This document shows positions 52,376 through 62,646 of a stretch of 64,000 nucleotides of DNA, one piece after another. How positions within the stretch are numbered: the stretch's first letter is position 1; each line of letters begins with the position of its first letter. Source of the stretch: an uncultured Flavobacteriales bacterium (lineage in GTDB: Bacteria > Bacteroidota > Bacteroidia > Flavobacteriales_D > Parvicellaceae); contig CALJHN010000006.1 of the NCBI GenBank assembly GCA_938075455.1, forward strand, positions 48,182 through 112,181. The letters are read 5' to 3'. Under the pieces are notes generated by a model. The model was not told the DNA's origin. It saw only the letters and a list, made by a program, of their open reading frames with translations, and did no database searches. A program made the translations under genes and the position numbers.

Positions 52376-53302
52376 ATGTCTTCAAAAAATATAATTGAAA
52401 TTGAGGGACTTCACAAATCCTATACTGACCACAAAGCATTAGATAATATTAACCTTTCGATTGGGGAGTCCAAAATTTTTGGACTATTGGGTCCGAATGG
52501 TGCGGGGAAGACTACTTTAATTAGAATTATCAATCAAATACTAGAACCAGATCACGGAGTGGTAAAGTTTGCTGGTGAACTTTTATCAAGGAAACATATT
52601 CATTCAATAGGTTATCTTCCAGAAGAAAGAGGATTGTATAAAAAAATGAAAGTTGGTGAACAAGTACTATATCTTGCTCAACTTAAAGGACTTTCAAAAA
52701 AACAAGCAAAGCAAAAATTAAGGTATTGGTTTGAGAAACTTGGTGCAGAAAATTGGTGGAACAAAAAAGTGGAAGACCTTTCCAAAGGAATGGCCCAAAA
52801 AATTCAATTTATAACCACCGTATTACACGAGCCTAAAGTTTTGATTTTAGATGAACCATTAAGTGGATTAGACCCGGTTAATAGCCTTTTAATAAAAAAT
52901 GAAATATTAGAACTTAAGAAAAATAATACAAGTATTATTTTATCAACCCACGACATGAACTCTGTAGAAGAAATTTGCGAAGAGGTTGCGATTATCAATC
53001 ATTCTAAAAAAATATTACATGGAAGTATTAATGAAATCAAAAAAAATTACGAAGAAAGTTTATGGACTATTTTGTATAGTGGCAACCAAATTAACTTTAC
53101 CAATGCTGTCTGGGGAGGATGGGAACTTATGAATCATATTAATATAAATGAAAATATTAATAAAGCAGAAATCAAATTATTAAACGATTTTACTATCAAT
53201 AAATTTATAAAAGGCATAGTTGACCACGTTGAAATTTTAGAAATCAATAAGAAAATCCCTAGTATCAATGATGTCTTTATAAAAGCAACAACTGATGAGT
53301 AA
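52376..53302 (+). CDS. ABC transporter ATP-binding protein (ABC-2/NatA-like, with C-terminal accessory domain)
   Basis: Walker A GPNGAGKTT, signature LSKGMAQK, Walker B LILDEP; ~80-aa extra C-terminal domain. Confidence 0.9.
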   Translation: MSSKNIIEIEGLHKSYTDHKALDNINLSIGESKIFGLLGPNGAGKTTLIRIINQILEPDHGVVKFAGELLSRKHIHSIGYLPEERGLYKKMKVGEQVLYLAQLKGLSKKQAKQKLRYWFEKLGAENWWNKKVEDLSKGMAQKIQFITTVLHEPKVLILDEPLSGLDPVNSLLIKNEILELKKNNTSIILSTHDMNSVEEICEEVAIINHSKKILHGSINEIKKNYEESLWTILYSGNQINFTNAVWGGWELMNHININENINKAEIKLLNDFTINKFIKGIVDHVEILEINKKIPSINDVFIKATTDE

Positions 53303-54611
53303 AATTGGATTAATAATTTCTAGAGAATATCTCACTAGGGTGAAAAAGAAAACATTTATTTTAATGAGTTTTTTAGGCCCCTTGTTAATAGTTGGATTTA
53401 TTTTGTTAACTAGCTACTTATCTCAAGACAAAAAAGGGAAGTATGAAATTTTAGTAGTAGATGAGTCACATTTATTTGATAGTATTCTAAGGAATTCAAA
53501 TAAATACCACCTTCAATGGGCTCCAAATGAAAAAGACTACAACGAAGTTCAAGAAATTTTTAAAAAAGATGATGAACTAGATTTATTATTGTATTTGCCA
53601 ATTAATTTAATTAAAACAAACTCTATGACTGCTAAGTGTTTGTACAAAGAAATTCCCTCAACTGGAGTTCAAAAACATCTATCAAGTATTATAAATGAAG
53701 CTATAGAACTATATCGTGTAAATTTCAATAACATTGATATTTCTACTTACAAATCAATTAAAACTAAAATTAATCTGGATGTTGTTGATATTGAAAATAA
53801 AGAAAATAGAAATATTCAAAGAAAAGCATTTGTAGGAATTGCTCTTGCATTTTTTATATATGGATTTATTTTCCTTTACTCTGTTCAAGTAATGAGAGGA
53901 GTTATCGAAGAAAAAACAAATAGAATAGTTGAAGTAATTATATCCTCGGTTTCTTCATTTGAACTAATGATGGCTAAAATTATCGGCGTTGGGCTAGTTG
54001 GAATTACTCAATTTATTATTTGGGCAATAGTCACAATTATCATATCTATAACCATCTTTCCTCTTCTAATAATAGATAAGTACGACCCATCACTTCAGAT
54101 GAATTCAGATAAATTAGTAAATAATAGTTTCAAAATTGATCCAAATAACGAAACCATTCAATTTATAATCAATGAAGTTCAATGGTCCTATTTAATTGTA
54201 TTTTTCATATTGTTCTTTTTGGGAGGATATTTATTATACAGTGGATTAATGGCGGCTATTGGAGCAGCAGTAGATGAGGAAGCAGATACACAACAGTTTC
54301 TTATACCACTAACCATCCCCATGGTATTTGCAATTCTAATGGCTAGTAAAGTTATTGATGACCCTTCTTCGTCTTTGGCTTTTTGGCTAAGTGAAATACC
54401 GTTTACATCTCCAATAATAATGATAGTAAGAATTGCTATGGGGATTGGAGATAGTAGTGTAGAAATATGGGAAATTATTCTTAGTTTATTTTTATTGACT
54501 ATAACTTTTATTGGTACTACTTGGCTATCAGGAAGAATCTATAGAAAAGGAATTTTATCTTATGGAAAGAAAGCTAGTTATTCAGATCTTTTTAAATGGT
54601 TGAAAAATTGA
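53295..54611 (+). CDS. ABC-2-type transporter permease (NatB-like)
   Basis: 438 aa; N-terminal TM, large extracytoplasmic loop, then five TM segments; 8-nt overlap with the ATPase gene. Confidence 0.8.
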   Translation: MSKIGLIISREYLTRVKKKTFILMSFLGPLLIVGFILLTSYLSQDKKGKYEILVVDESHLFDSILRNSNKYHLQWAPNEKDYNEVQEIFKKDDELDLLLYLPINLIKTNSMTAKCLYKEIPSTGVQKHLSSIINEAIELYRVNFNNIDISTYKSIKTKINLDVVDIENKENRNIQRKAFVGIALAFFIYGFIFLYSVQVMRGVIEEKTNRIVEVIISSVSSFELMMAKIIGVGLVGITQFIIWAIVTIIISITIFPLLIIDKYDPSLQMNSDKLVNNSFKIDPNNETIQFIINEVQWSYLIVFFILFFLGGYLLYSGLMAAIGAAVDEEADTQQFLIPLTIPMVFAILMASKVIDDPSSSLAFWLSEIPFTSPIIMIVRIAMGIGDSSVEIWEIILSLFLLTITFIGTTWLSGRIYRKGILSYGKKASYSDLFKWLKN

Positions 54612-55771
54612 AGAAAATTTTAATAATAGATGATGAGCGTTCAATTAGGGCAACTTTAAAAGAAATATTAGAGTTTGAAAAGTACCTAGTTGTAACTGCT
54701 CAAGATGGTATTGAAGGCTATAAAATGGCCGAGGAAAAAAACTTTGATTTAATATTTTGTGATATTAAAATGCCCAAAATTGATGGAATAGAAACACTTA
54801 AAAAAATAGTAGAAAACAATATTTTATCTCCAGTTATTATGATTAGTGGCCATGGAGATATTGAAACAGCTGTAGAAACTTTAAAAATTGGAGCTTTTGA
54901 TTATATTGAAAAACCATTAGATTTAAATAGAGTTTTGACTTGTGTTAGAAATGCACTAGATAACATTCATCTAAAAAAAGAAAATACTATTTTAAAAAAG
55001 AAAATAAAATCTAAATCTGAAATAATTGGCCAAAGCCCGGAAATAAAATCTATCCTAGAACTAATAACTAAAGTTGCAAATTCAAATGCAAGAGTCTTAA
55101 TAACTGGATCTAATGGAACAGGAAAAGAATTAGTTGCCAATCAAATTCATGAAAAAAGTAGTAGAAATAAAAATTTATTTGTAGAAATAAATTGTGCAGC
55201 TATTCCATCTGAATTAATTGAAAGTGAATTATTTGGCCATGAAAAAGGTTCTTTCACATCTGCCTACAAACAAAAAATAGGAAAATTTGAACAGGCTAGT
55301 AATGGAACATTATTTCTAGATGAGATTGGTGACATGAGTCTTTCAGCTCAATCAAAAGTTTTAAGAGCTCTCCAAGAAAATAAAATAACTAGAGTTGGTG
55401 GGAACAAAGCAATTTCTGTAAACCCTAGAATAATAGCTGCAACAAATAAAAATCTTAAAAAGGAAATAGAGAACGGGAATTTTAGAGAAGATTTATTTCA
55501 TCGGCTAAATGTTATTCCAATTAAAGTTCCATCGCTCAATGATAGAATAGAAGATATTCCTATGCTTTGTAATTATTTCATTGAGAAAATTTGTAAAGAA
55601 CATGGCACTAAACAAAAAGCAATTTCTAATAAGGCAATTGATAAACTTAAAAAAATGAAATGGACAGGAAATGTTAGAGAACTTAGAAATATATTAGAAA
55701 GATTAATAATTCTTTCTGAAAATGATATTGACTTAGAAGATATTAAAAAATATGTTCCTGCAGTTATTTAA
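54596..55771 (+). CDS. Sigma-54-dependent response regulator (receiver + AAA+), no C-terminal HTH domain
   Basis: REC domain (DD12-13, D56, K106), Walker A GSNGTGKE, ESELFGHEKGSFTSA (variant GAFTGA), Walker B LFLDEIGDM, GNVRELRN; protein ends ~25 aa after sensor II (391 aa). Confidence 0.85.
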   Translation: MVEKLKKILIIDDERSIRATLKEILEFEKYLVVTAQDGIEGYKMAEEKNFDLIFCDIKMPKIDGIETLKKIVENNILSPVIMISGHGDIETAVETLKIGAFDYIEKPLDLNRVLTCVRNALDNIHLKKENTILKKKIKSKSEIIGQSPEIKSILELITKVANSNARVLITGSNGTGKELVANQIHEKSSRNKNLFVEINCAAIPSELIESELFGHEKGSFTSAYKQKIGKFEQASNGTLFLDEIGDMSLSAQSKVLRALQENKITRVGGNKAISVNPRIIAATNKNLKKEIENGNFREDLFHRLNVIPIKVPSLNDRIEDIPMLCNYFIEKICKEHGTKQKAISNKAIDKLKKMKWTGNVRELRNILERLIILSENDIDLEDIKKYVPAVI

Positions 55772-58397
55772 ATATTTCTCTAGCTTTTAGAGTTACATTC
55801 TTAAGACCATTCACATCCGACCCTCCTGCAGTGGCAAAGAATGGTTGTCCACCACCACCACCTTTAATTTCTTTTGCAAGTTCTCTAATGATTAAACCGG
55901 CATTCCAATTTTTAGACTTGACTAAGTCTTCTGAAATCATTAATGAAATGAATGGTTTATTATTTTGTTTAGTAGACAAAAGGACCACTAAACTTTTCAT
56001 TTCTGCTTTTATTTCAAAAATGATTTGTTTCATTTCCTCAGCGGATATATCTAATTGATTTTCTATAATAGAAAATGAATCCAACTCTTTTTTAGTGGAC
56101 AACAATTGTTTTTTAACTTCTTTTAATCTTAATAAATTATAAGAATCTAACTTTTTTTGTAGTGACTGGTTATTTGATAGAAGCAACTCTACTGCAGACA
56201 ATAATTCTTGAGGATGTTTCAATAGCTTTGAAATTGCCTCATACTCGTTTAATTTATTACTAATTACTTCATCTGCTTTTTCATCACAAAGAGCTTCAAT
56301 TCTTCTAATTCCAGATGAAATTGAGCTTTCTGAGGATATTTTAAAATTTCCAATATTTGCGCTATTCGAAACATGTATACCTCCACATAGTTCTATAGAG
56401 TTCCCAAATTGAATCACTCTTACTGAGTCCCCATACTTTTCTCCAAATAACATAATTGCTCCTTTTTGCTTAGCAATTTCAATTGGAATGTTTCGTTCTT
56501 CAATTAAAGAATTAGCTTCTCTAATTTGTTTGTTGACTTGTTGTTCTATTAAATCCAATTCTTTAGGATTCAACTTTGAAAAATGAGAAAAATCAAATCT
56601 TAAATAATTTTCGGTTACAAGAGATCCTTTTTGTTCAACATGATTTCCTAAAACTTCTCTAAGAGCATGGTGCAACAAATGAGTTGCAGAATGATTTTTA
56701 GAGATTTTAGTTCTTCTTTCTAAATCTACTTGCCCATGGAAGGAAGAGTTCAAATTCTTTGGTAACTCATCAACATAATGAACTATAACCCCATTTTCTT
56801 TTTTAGTATCCTTAATCTGTACCATTCCTTGGTTATCTTCAATAAAACCAGTATCTCCTACTTGACCTCCTCCTTCTGGATAAAAAGGAGTTAAATTAAA
56901 TATTAATTGAAATTTTGTTTTTCCTTTAACAACTAATGAACGATACTTAGTAATAATGATTTTTGCATTTGAATGGTCATATCCAACAAATTCTTGTACA
57001 TCATCTTGCTTCAAAACTATCCAATCTCCGTATTGAGTAACAGCATCAATTTTAGATCTGTTTTTTTGTTCATTGAGACATTTTTCAAATTCTACAATAT
57101 CTATCTTTAGTTTGTTTTCAGATGCAATGAGTTGAGTAAGGTCTAAAGGAAACCCATATCTGTCGTACAATTCAAAAGCCAATTGACCGCTTACAGTATT
57201 TTTTAAATGTTTTTTTTGACTCTTAACAATTTCTGCCATCCTTTTAATGCCAGAACTTAAAGTCCTAAAAAAAGATATTTCTTCTTCTTGGATTATCTTT
57301 TTAATAAAATCTTGCTGAAGACTTAATTCCTGAAAAACTCCGTCAAAATTATTTACAAGTGAGGGAACTAACTGAAAAATAAATGGTTCCTTTAAATCTA
57401 AAAACTGATAACCATATCTAATTGCTCTTCTTAAAATTCTCCTTATTACATATCCAGCACCAGTATTGGATGGCAACTGACCATCTGTAATTGAAAAAGT
57501 AACTGCTCTCAGATGATCTACAATTACTCTAAAAGCAATATTTACTTTAATTTGTGAGTCATCTAAATTACTAGATAAATATTTTTTATTTGAGATAGAC
57601 TCTAAAGAATCAATTATTGGTTTAAAAATATCAGTATCATAATTACTATTCTTACCTTGAAGAACCATAGCTAATCTTTCCAATCCCATTCCCGTATCAA
57701 CATGCTTATTTTTTAATGGAGCTAATGAACCATCAGAATTTCTATTGAACTCCATAAAAACAAGATTCCATAATTCAACAACTTGAGGGTGGTCTTTATT
57801 CACCAAGTCTTTTCCAGGTATTTTGTGAATTTCCTCGTCATTTCTTAAATCAATATGAATTTCAGAACTTGGTCCACATGGACCTTGAGTTCCCATCTCC
57901 CAAAAATTATCTTTTTTTCCAAATTTTAAAATACGATCTTTAGAAATCAAATTTTCCCAAAATTCATACGCTTCTTTATCAAAAGTTGTTCCATCTTTTT
58001 CATCTCCTTGAAAAACAGTGACATATAGTTTGCTTTTGTCTATTTTATAGATTTCTGTAAAAAGTTCCCAAGACCATTGAATTGCTTCTTTCTTGAAATA
58101 ATCTCCAAAAGACCAATTACCCAACATTTCAAACATTGTATGATGGTAAGTATCAACTCCTACCTCTTCCAAATCATTGTGTTTTCCTGAAACTCTTAAA
58201 CATTTTTGGGTATTGGCAACTCTTTTATATTTAGGAATCTCAAACTCAAGAAAAATATCTTTGAATTGATTCATACCTGCATTAGTAAACATAAGAGTAG
58301 GGTCATCTTTTACCACCATAGGTGCAGATTTTTCAATACTATGATTTTTAGCATTAAAAAATGAAAAAAAAGCAGCTCTTATATGTTTTGAGTTCAT
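55764..58397 (-). CDS. alaS: Alanine--tRNA ligase
   Basis: 877 aa; FTNAGMNQFK, editing-domain HSATHLLH and CGGIHV, C-terminal DHHA1-like GGGGGQPFFATAGG. Confidence 0.97.
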   Translation of the reverse strand: MNSKHIRAAFFSFFNAKNHSIEKSAPMVVKDDPTLMFTNAGMNQFKDIFLEFEIPKYKRVANTQKCLRVSGKHNDLEEVGVDTYHHTMFEMLGNWSFGDYFKKEAIQWSWELFTEIYKIDKSKLYVTVFQGDEKDGTTFDKEAYEFWENLISKDRILKFGKKDNFWEMGTQGPCGPSSEIHIDLRNDEEIHKIPGKDLVNKDHPQVVELWNLVFMEFNRNSDGSLAPLKNKHVDTGMGLERLAMVLQGKNSNYDTDIFKPIIDSLESISNKKYLSSNLDDSQIKVNIAFRVIVDHLRAVTFSITDGQLPSNTGAGYVIRRILRRAIRYGYQFLDLKEPFIFQLVPSLVNNFDGVFQELSLQQDFIKKIIQEEEISFFRTLSSGIKRMAEIVKSQKKHLKNTVSGQLAFELYDRYGFPLDLTQLIASENKLKIDIVEFEKCLNEQKNRSKIDAVTQYGDWIVLKQDDVQEFVGYDHSNAKIIITKYRSLVVKGKTKFQLIFNLTPFYPEGGGQVGDTGFIEDNQGMVQIKDTKKENGVIVHYVDELPKNLNSSFHGQVDLERRTKISKNHSATHLLHHALREVLGNHVEQKGSLVTENYLRFDFSHFSKLNPKELDLIEQQVNKQIREANSLIEERNIPIEIAKQKGAIMLFGEKYGDSVRVIQFGNSIELCGGIHVSNSANIGNFKISSESSISSGIRRIEALCDEKADEVISNKLNEYEAISKLLKHPQELLSAVELLLSNNQSLQKKLDSYNLLRLKEVKKQLLSTKKELDSFSIIENQLDISAEEMKQIIFEIKAEMKSLVVLLSTKQNNKPFISLMISEDLVKSKNWNAGLIIRELAKEIKGGGGGQPFFATAGGSDVNGLKNVTLKAREIFK

Positions 58398-58509
58398 AAA
58401 TTATTGTGTGGTATTAATTAAGACTAAAGTTATTTATTTTAAATATACTATTTTAATGATTATAGAATTTTAGTGCGTTTATTATCAAAAAAATAATAAG
58501 AAAATTTTT

Positions 58510-59610
58510 TTAGTGCGATTTTGATATAATACACTTTTTTTCATTAAAAATTAAAGCTGATTCTGGGAAATCTTCTTTAGATAGGCTTTGTAGATATTTC
58601 CAAGCAGCTTTAGAAGGATCAACTAATGGAATTCCTTCTCCTATTTGCTTTATAGAAATAACTTTTGCAGCAATAAACTCACCATTGGAATTTAAACTAA
58701 TATCAAAAATTGGAGCGACACCACTAGGTCCTTTTAAATTAAACCTCGCATAAGTACAGAAATTCCCCATACTATAAGTAATAAATCTATTTTTATATAA
58801 TTCAACTGCTCTTGTAACATGGGGGCCATGGCCAAGAAGAACATCAGCACCTGCATCAATGCATAAATGAGCAAATTCATAAACATTTCCTCTATTATTT
58901 CCTAGATAAAACTCATCAACTCTAGGAGTATGAATTGCTTTATAACCTTCTGCTCCTGAATGAAAAGAAACAATAACAATGTCACATATTGAATCCAAAT
59001 ACTTTACATACTCCACAACTTTAGAATAATTTTTCATACTAAAGCAACCACTATTTGGAGCAGTTGAAAGAAACCCATACTTAATATTTTTTTTAGTAAA
59101 AACTGTGTAAGGCTTATCCAATGAACCTGCAAAATTAATATCAGCAGTTTTTAAAACTGACGCGGTTTTCTTTCTACCTTCCAAGCCAAAATCATTAGCG
59201 TGATTATTTGCGATACTTAACAAGTCAAATCCTGCATTTTTAATGTTAGAAATAAAATGTTCTGGCATTCGGAAAGTATAACAATATTTTGGATTATTAC
59301 AAGATTTAGGAATTCCCCCACTACCAATAACGCCCTCTAAATTACCAAAAGTGATATCTCCTTTATTTAAAAAAAACTCAACGTTCTTAAATAAATCTGC
59401 TCCATCATTAATAGGTAAATAGCTATTATTTGGGAAATTGGTACCCATCATAATATCACCTACTGCAATTAAATTTATGGTATCTTTCTTGTTTTGCAAG
59501 GTGTCATTTTGATATAATTTTTTAAAGTGAATATTATAAATCGAATAGGAGTCCTTTACAGAAAACAAGCTAAGAATTAAAAATGTAAAAATGATATAAA
59601 TAGAATTCAT
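58510..59610 (-). CDS. CapA-family (PGA_cap) metallophosphatase-like secreted protein
   Basis: Signal peptide; LIAVGDIMMG, FGNLEGV, ANNHANDFG, SFHSGAEG, GHGPHV motifs typical of CapA/metallophosphoesterase fold. Confidence 0.75.
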   Translation of the reverse strand: MNSIYIIFTFLILSLFSVKDSYSIYNIHFKKLYQNDTLQNKKDTINLIAVGDIMMGTNFPNNSYLPINDGADLFKNVEFFLNKGDITFGNLEGVIGSGGIPKSCNNPKYCYTFRMPEHFISNIKNAGFDLLSIANNHANDFGLEGRKKTASVLKTADINFAGSLDKPYTVFTKKNIKYGFLSTAPNSGCFSMKNYSKVVEYVKYLDSICDIVIVSFHSGAEGYKAIHTPRVDEFYLGNNRGNVYEFAHLCIDAGADVLLGHGPHVTRAVELYKNRFITYSMGNFCTYARFNLKGPSGVAPIFDISLNSNGEFIAAKVISIKQIGEGIPLVDPSKAAWKYLQSLSKEDFPESALIFNEKKCIISKSH

Positions 59611-59706
59611 GACATTAGGTTTTGATTTGTTCTCAACAAAACAGGGTTAAGAAGATGTATTTAACTTAAAGTAAAAATGATTAAATTCGCGTAAATTTAG
59701 TATAAA

Positions 59707-60675
59707 TTGAAAAATACAAATTATAAATACAATCCTAATACTCTTAATTATGAAAGGATAAATTTAACCCTATGGGATAAGTTTAAAAGACTTTCTTATT
59801 ATTTAATTGCATCTGTAGTTGTTTCTGTTCTAATACTTTCCTTTTCATTTTATAATATCAAATCATTTATACAAAAAGAAGCAGCAAAGGAAAACCAAAG
59901 TTTAAGACAAGAAATATCCGTTTTCAATAAAGATCTTAACCTTATTCTTGAGGTTCTTAATGACATTCAAAACAAAGATGATAATATTTACAGAGCAATT
60001 TTTGAAGCCGACCCATATCCAGATCACAAAAGAAAACTTGGAACAGGTGGTAACCCAATCAAGTTTAAAAAATATGAAAATATTGAGTACGGAGAATTAG
60101 TTGTTGAAATAGTTCAAAAATTAGAATTAATTGAGAAAAAACTCTCTTCACAATCAAAATCCTTTGACGAGGTTTTTGAGATTACCAAAGAAAAACAAAA
60201 AATGCTTAAGGCTATACCTAGTATACAACCTATAAACAATCGAGATTTAACTAGAATTGCTTCTGGATTTGGTATGAGAATGCATCCTATATATAAAATT
60301 CTTAAAATGCATAAAGGGATGGATTTCACCGCTCCAGTTGGGACTGAAATATATGCAACTGGCGACGGTGTAATTGAAAAAGTTGGATGGACAGGTGGTT
60401 ATGGTAAAACTATTTTAATTAATCATGGCTATGGATACAAAACAAGATATGCGCATTGTAGTAAATTCAAGTGTAGAAAAGGTCAAAAAGTTAAAAGAGG
60501 AGACCACATAGGTTATGTTGGAAATACTGGTCAATCTACAGGACCGCATCTTCATTACGAAGTATTTAAAAATAAAAGACAAATTAATCCAGTAAACTTC
60601 TTTTTCAACGATTTAAGTCCTGAAGAATACGATAAAGTGATAGAGATTTCTTCTCGTCCAACTCAATCTCTATAA
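59707..60675 (+). CDS. M23-family metallopeptidase (membrane-anchored, coiled-coil linker)
   Basis: TTG start; TM segment; HKGMDF (HxxxD) and GPHLHYEV (HxH) catalytic motifs. Confidence 0.88.
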   Translation: MKNTNYKYNPNTLNYERINLTLWDKFKRLSYYLIASVVVSVLILSFSFYNIKSFIQKEAAKENQSLRQEISVFNKDLNLILEVLNDIQNKDDNIYRAIFEADPYPDHKRKLGTGGNPIKFKKYENIEYGELVVEIVQKLELIEKKLSSQSKSFDEVFEITKEKQKMLKAIPSIQPINNRDLTRIASGFGMRMHPIYKILKMHKGMDFTAPVGTEIYATGDGVIEKVGWTGGYGKTILINHGYGYKTRYAHCSKFKCRKGQKVKRGDHIGYVGNTGQSTGPHLHYEVFKNKRQINPVNFFFNDLSPEEYDKVIEISSRPTQSL

Positions 60676-61020
60676 ATGGACTTATTAAACTTTGATATTG
60701 ATAAATCTCCAAAGATCTATTATAGTATTGGTGAATTAGCTAAAATGTTAAATGTCAACACCTCCTTAGTTAGATTTTGGGAAAAAGAGTTTGAAATACT
60801 CAAACCAAAAAAAAATAATAAAGGAAATCGTCAATTTACAAAAGAGGACGTCAAGAATTGTCATTTAATTTACCACTTAGTAAAGGAAAGGGGTTATACA
60901 TTAAATGGAGCCAAAGATGTTTTAAAAGCCGATATTTCAGAACTAAAAAATCAGAAATTAATATTGGACAAAATGGTGAAAATAAAATCATTTTTGCTAA
61001 AACTAAAAGAACAACTTTAA
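60676..61020 (+). CDS. MerR-family transcriptional regulator (small, HTH plus coiled coil)
   Basis: YSIGELAKMLNVNTSLVRFWEKEF...GNRQFTKEDV; 114 aa; starts 1 nt after M23 stop. Confidence 0.8.
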   Translation: MDLLNFDIDKSPKIYYSIGELAKMLNVNTSLVRFWEKEFEILKPKKNNKGNRQFTKEDVKNCHLIYHLVKERGYTLNGAKDVLKADISELKNQKLILDKMVKIKSFLLKLKEQL

Positions 61021-61039
61021 TTAAAGTATAAGTTATAAT

Positions 61040-61753
61040 ATGGAACCAATAAAAATAAATAATTATACCAAATCAAAGTCTAGAACCAATACTAGCAGTT
61101 TTGTGGCTAATGTTTTTTCTTTAATGTTTACAGCCCTTATCATTTCAGGAATTTCCGCTGTATGGTTTGCAAGTGATGAAATGAAAAACTATATAATTAG
61201 TTCTGAGGAAAGGTTAACAACCTTTGGATGGATTTCAACCCTTGCTCCATTAGGATTAGTTATGATGATAGGGTTTGGATTTAATAAATACAGTGTGAAA
61301 TTTTTATTAGGAATATTTATTCTTTATTCAACATTAACTGGGATTAGCTTAAGTACCATTTTTGCTATTTACTCAATTTCCTCTATCGCAACTACATTTT
61401 TTATTAGTGCATTGACATTTGGCATCATGGCCCTTACCGGTTATACAACAAAAACTGATTTAACAAAAATGGGAAGTTTGCTAATGATGGGTGTAGTAGG
61501 GATTGTTGTAGCAAGTATTGTAAATATGTTTATTGGAAGTCCTTTAATGGATTATATTATTTCAATAATAGGAGTTTTAGTATTTACAGGTCTAACCGCT
61601 TATGATGTGCAAAAGATTAAAAAAATTGGAATTCAAATTGACCAAGGTTCCGAAACAGCTCAAAAAATGATGGTTTTAGGAGCTCTTACGTTATACTTGG
61701 ATTTTATCAATCTATTTTTAATGTTGCTAAGACTTTTTGGAAATAGAGATTAA
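61040..61753 (+). CDS. Bax inhibitor-1/YccA-family membrane protein
   Basis: 237 aa, seven TM segments, ...AYDVQKIK..., LYLDFINLFLMLLRLFG C-terminus. Confidence 0.88.
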   Translation: MEPIKINNYTKSKSRTNTSSFVANVFSLMFTALIISGISAVWFASDEMKNYIISSEERLTTFGWISTLAPLGLVMMIGFGFNKYSVKFLLGIFILYSTLTGISLSTIFAIYSISSIATTFFISALTFGIMALTGYTTKTDLTKMGSLLMMGVVGIVVASIVNMFIGSPLMDYIISIIGVLVFTGLTAYDVQKIKKIGIQIDQGSETAQKMMVLGALTLYLDFINLFLMLLRLFGNRD

Positions 61754-61761
61754 TTAATATT

Positions 61762-62646
61762 ATGAAAGCATATGTTTTTCCTGGTCAAGGAGCCCAATTT
61801 TCAGGAATGGGAAAAGATTTATTTGACTCTAACAAATCTGCAAAAAACTTATTCCTAAAATCCAATGACATTTTAGGTTTCAATATTTCAGATATTATGT
61901 TCAATGGAACAGATCAAGAGCTGAAACAAACAAAAGTTACACAACCTGCTATATTCTTACATTCAGTAATTCTTGCTATGACTTTAGGTGAAAATTTTAA
62001 ACCAGATATGGTAGCTGGACATTCACTGGGTGAAATTTCAGCTTTAGTTGCAAATAAATGTCTTTCGTTTGAAGATGGTTTAAATCTAGTTCATAAAAGA
62101 GCATTGGCAATGCAAAAATCCTGTGAGGAAAAACCATCCACAATGGCTGCAATTTTAGGGCTTGATGATAATATTGTTGAAGAGGTTTGTAATACTATTG
62201 AAGGGACAGTAGTTCCAGCAAATTACAATTGCCCTGGCCAGCTTGTGATTTCTGGTGAAATGAATGCTATTGACATAGCAATTGAAAAACTAACTGCTGC
62301 TGGAGCAAGAAGAGCAATAAAATTGCCTGTTGGAGGAGCATTTCATTCTCCTTTAATGGAATCTGCAAAAAAAGAACTAAAAAATGTAATTGATCATACT
62401 TTATTTAGTGATCCAATATGTCCTATTTATCAAAATGTAAGTGGTGAAGCTGTAATAGATTCTAAACAAATCAAAGCCAACTTAATTGCCCAACTAACTG
62501 CACCTGTAAAATGGACACAGTCAATGAAAAACATATTAAAAAATAAAAATATTGAAGTGACCGAAGTTGGACCAGGAAAAGTTTTGCAAGGATTGTTTAA
62601 AAAAGTAGATAGATCTATTCCTACTTCTAGTGCTACTTTATTATAA
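61762..62646 (+). CDS. fabD: Malonyl-CoA:ACP transacylase
   Basis: FPGQGAQ, active-site GHSLGE, GAFHS. Confidence 0.95.
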   Translation: MKAYVFPGQGAQFSGMGKDLFDSNKSAKNLFLKSNDILGFNISDIMFNGTDQELKQTKVTQPAIFLHSVILAMTLGENFKPDMVAGHSLGEISALVANKCLSFEDGLNLVHKRALAMQKSCEEKPSTMAAILGLDDNIVEEVCNTIEGTVVPANYNCPGQLVISGEMNAIDIAIEKLTAAGARRAIKLPVGGAFHSPLMESAKKELKNVIDHTLFSDPICPIYQNVSGEAVIDSKQIKANLIAQLTAPVKWTQSMKNILKNKNIEVTEVGPGKVLQGLFKKVDRSIPTSSATLL

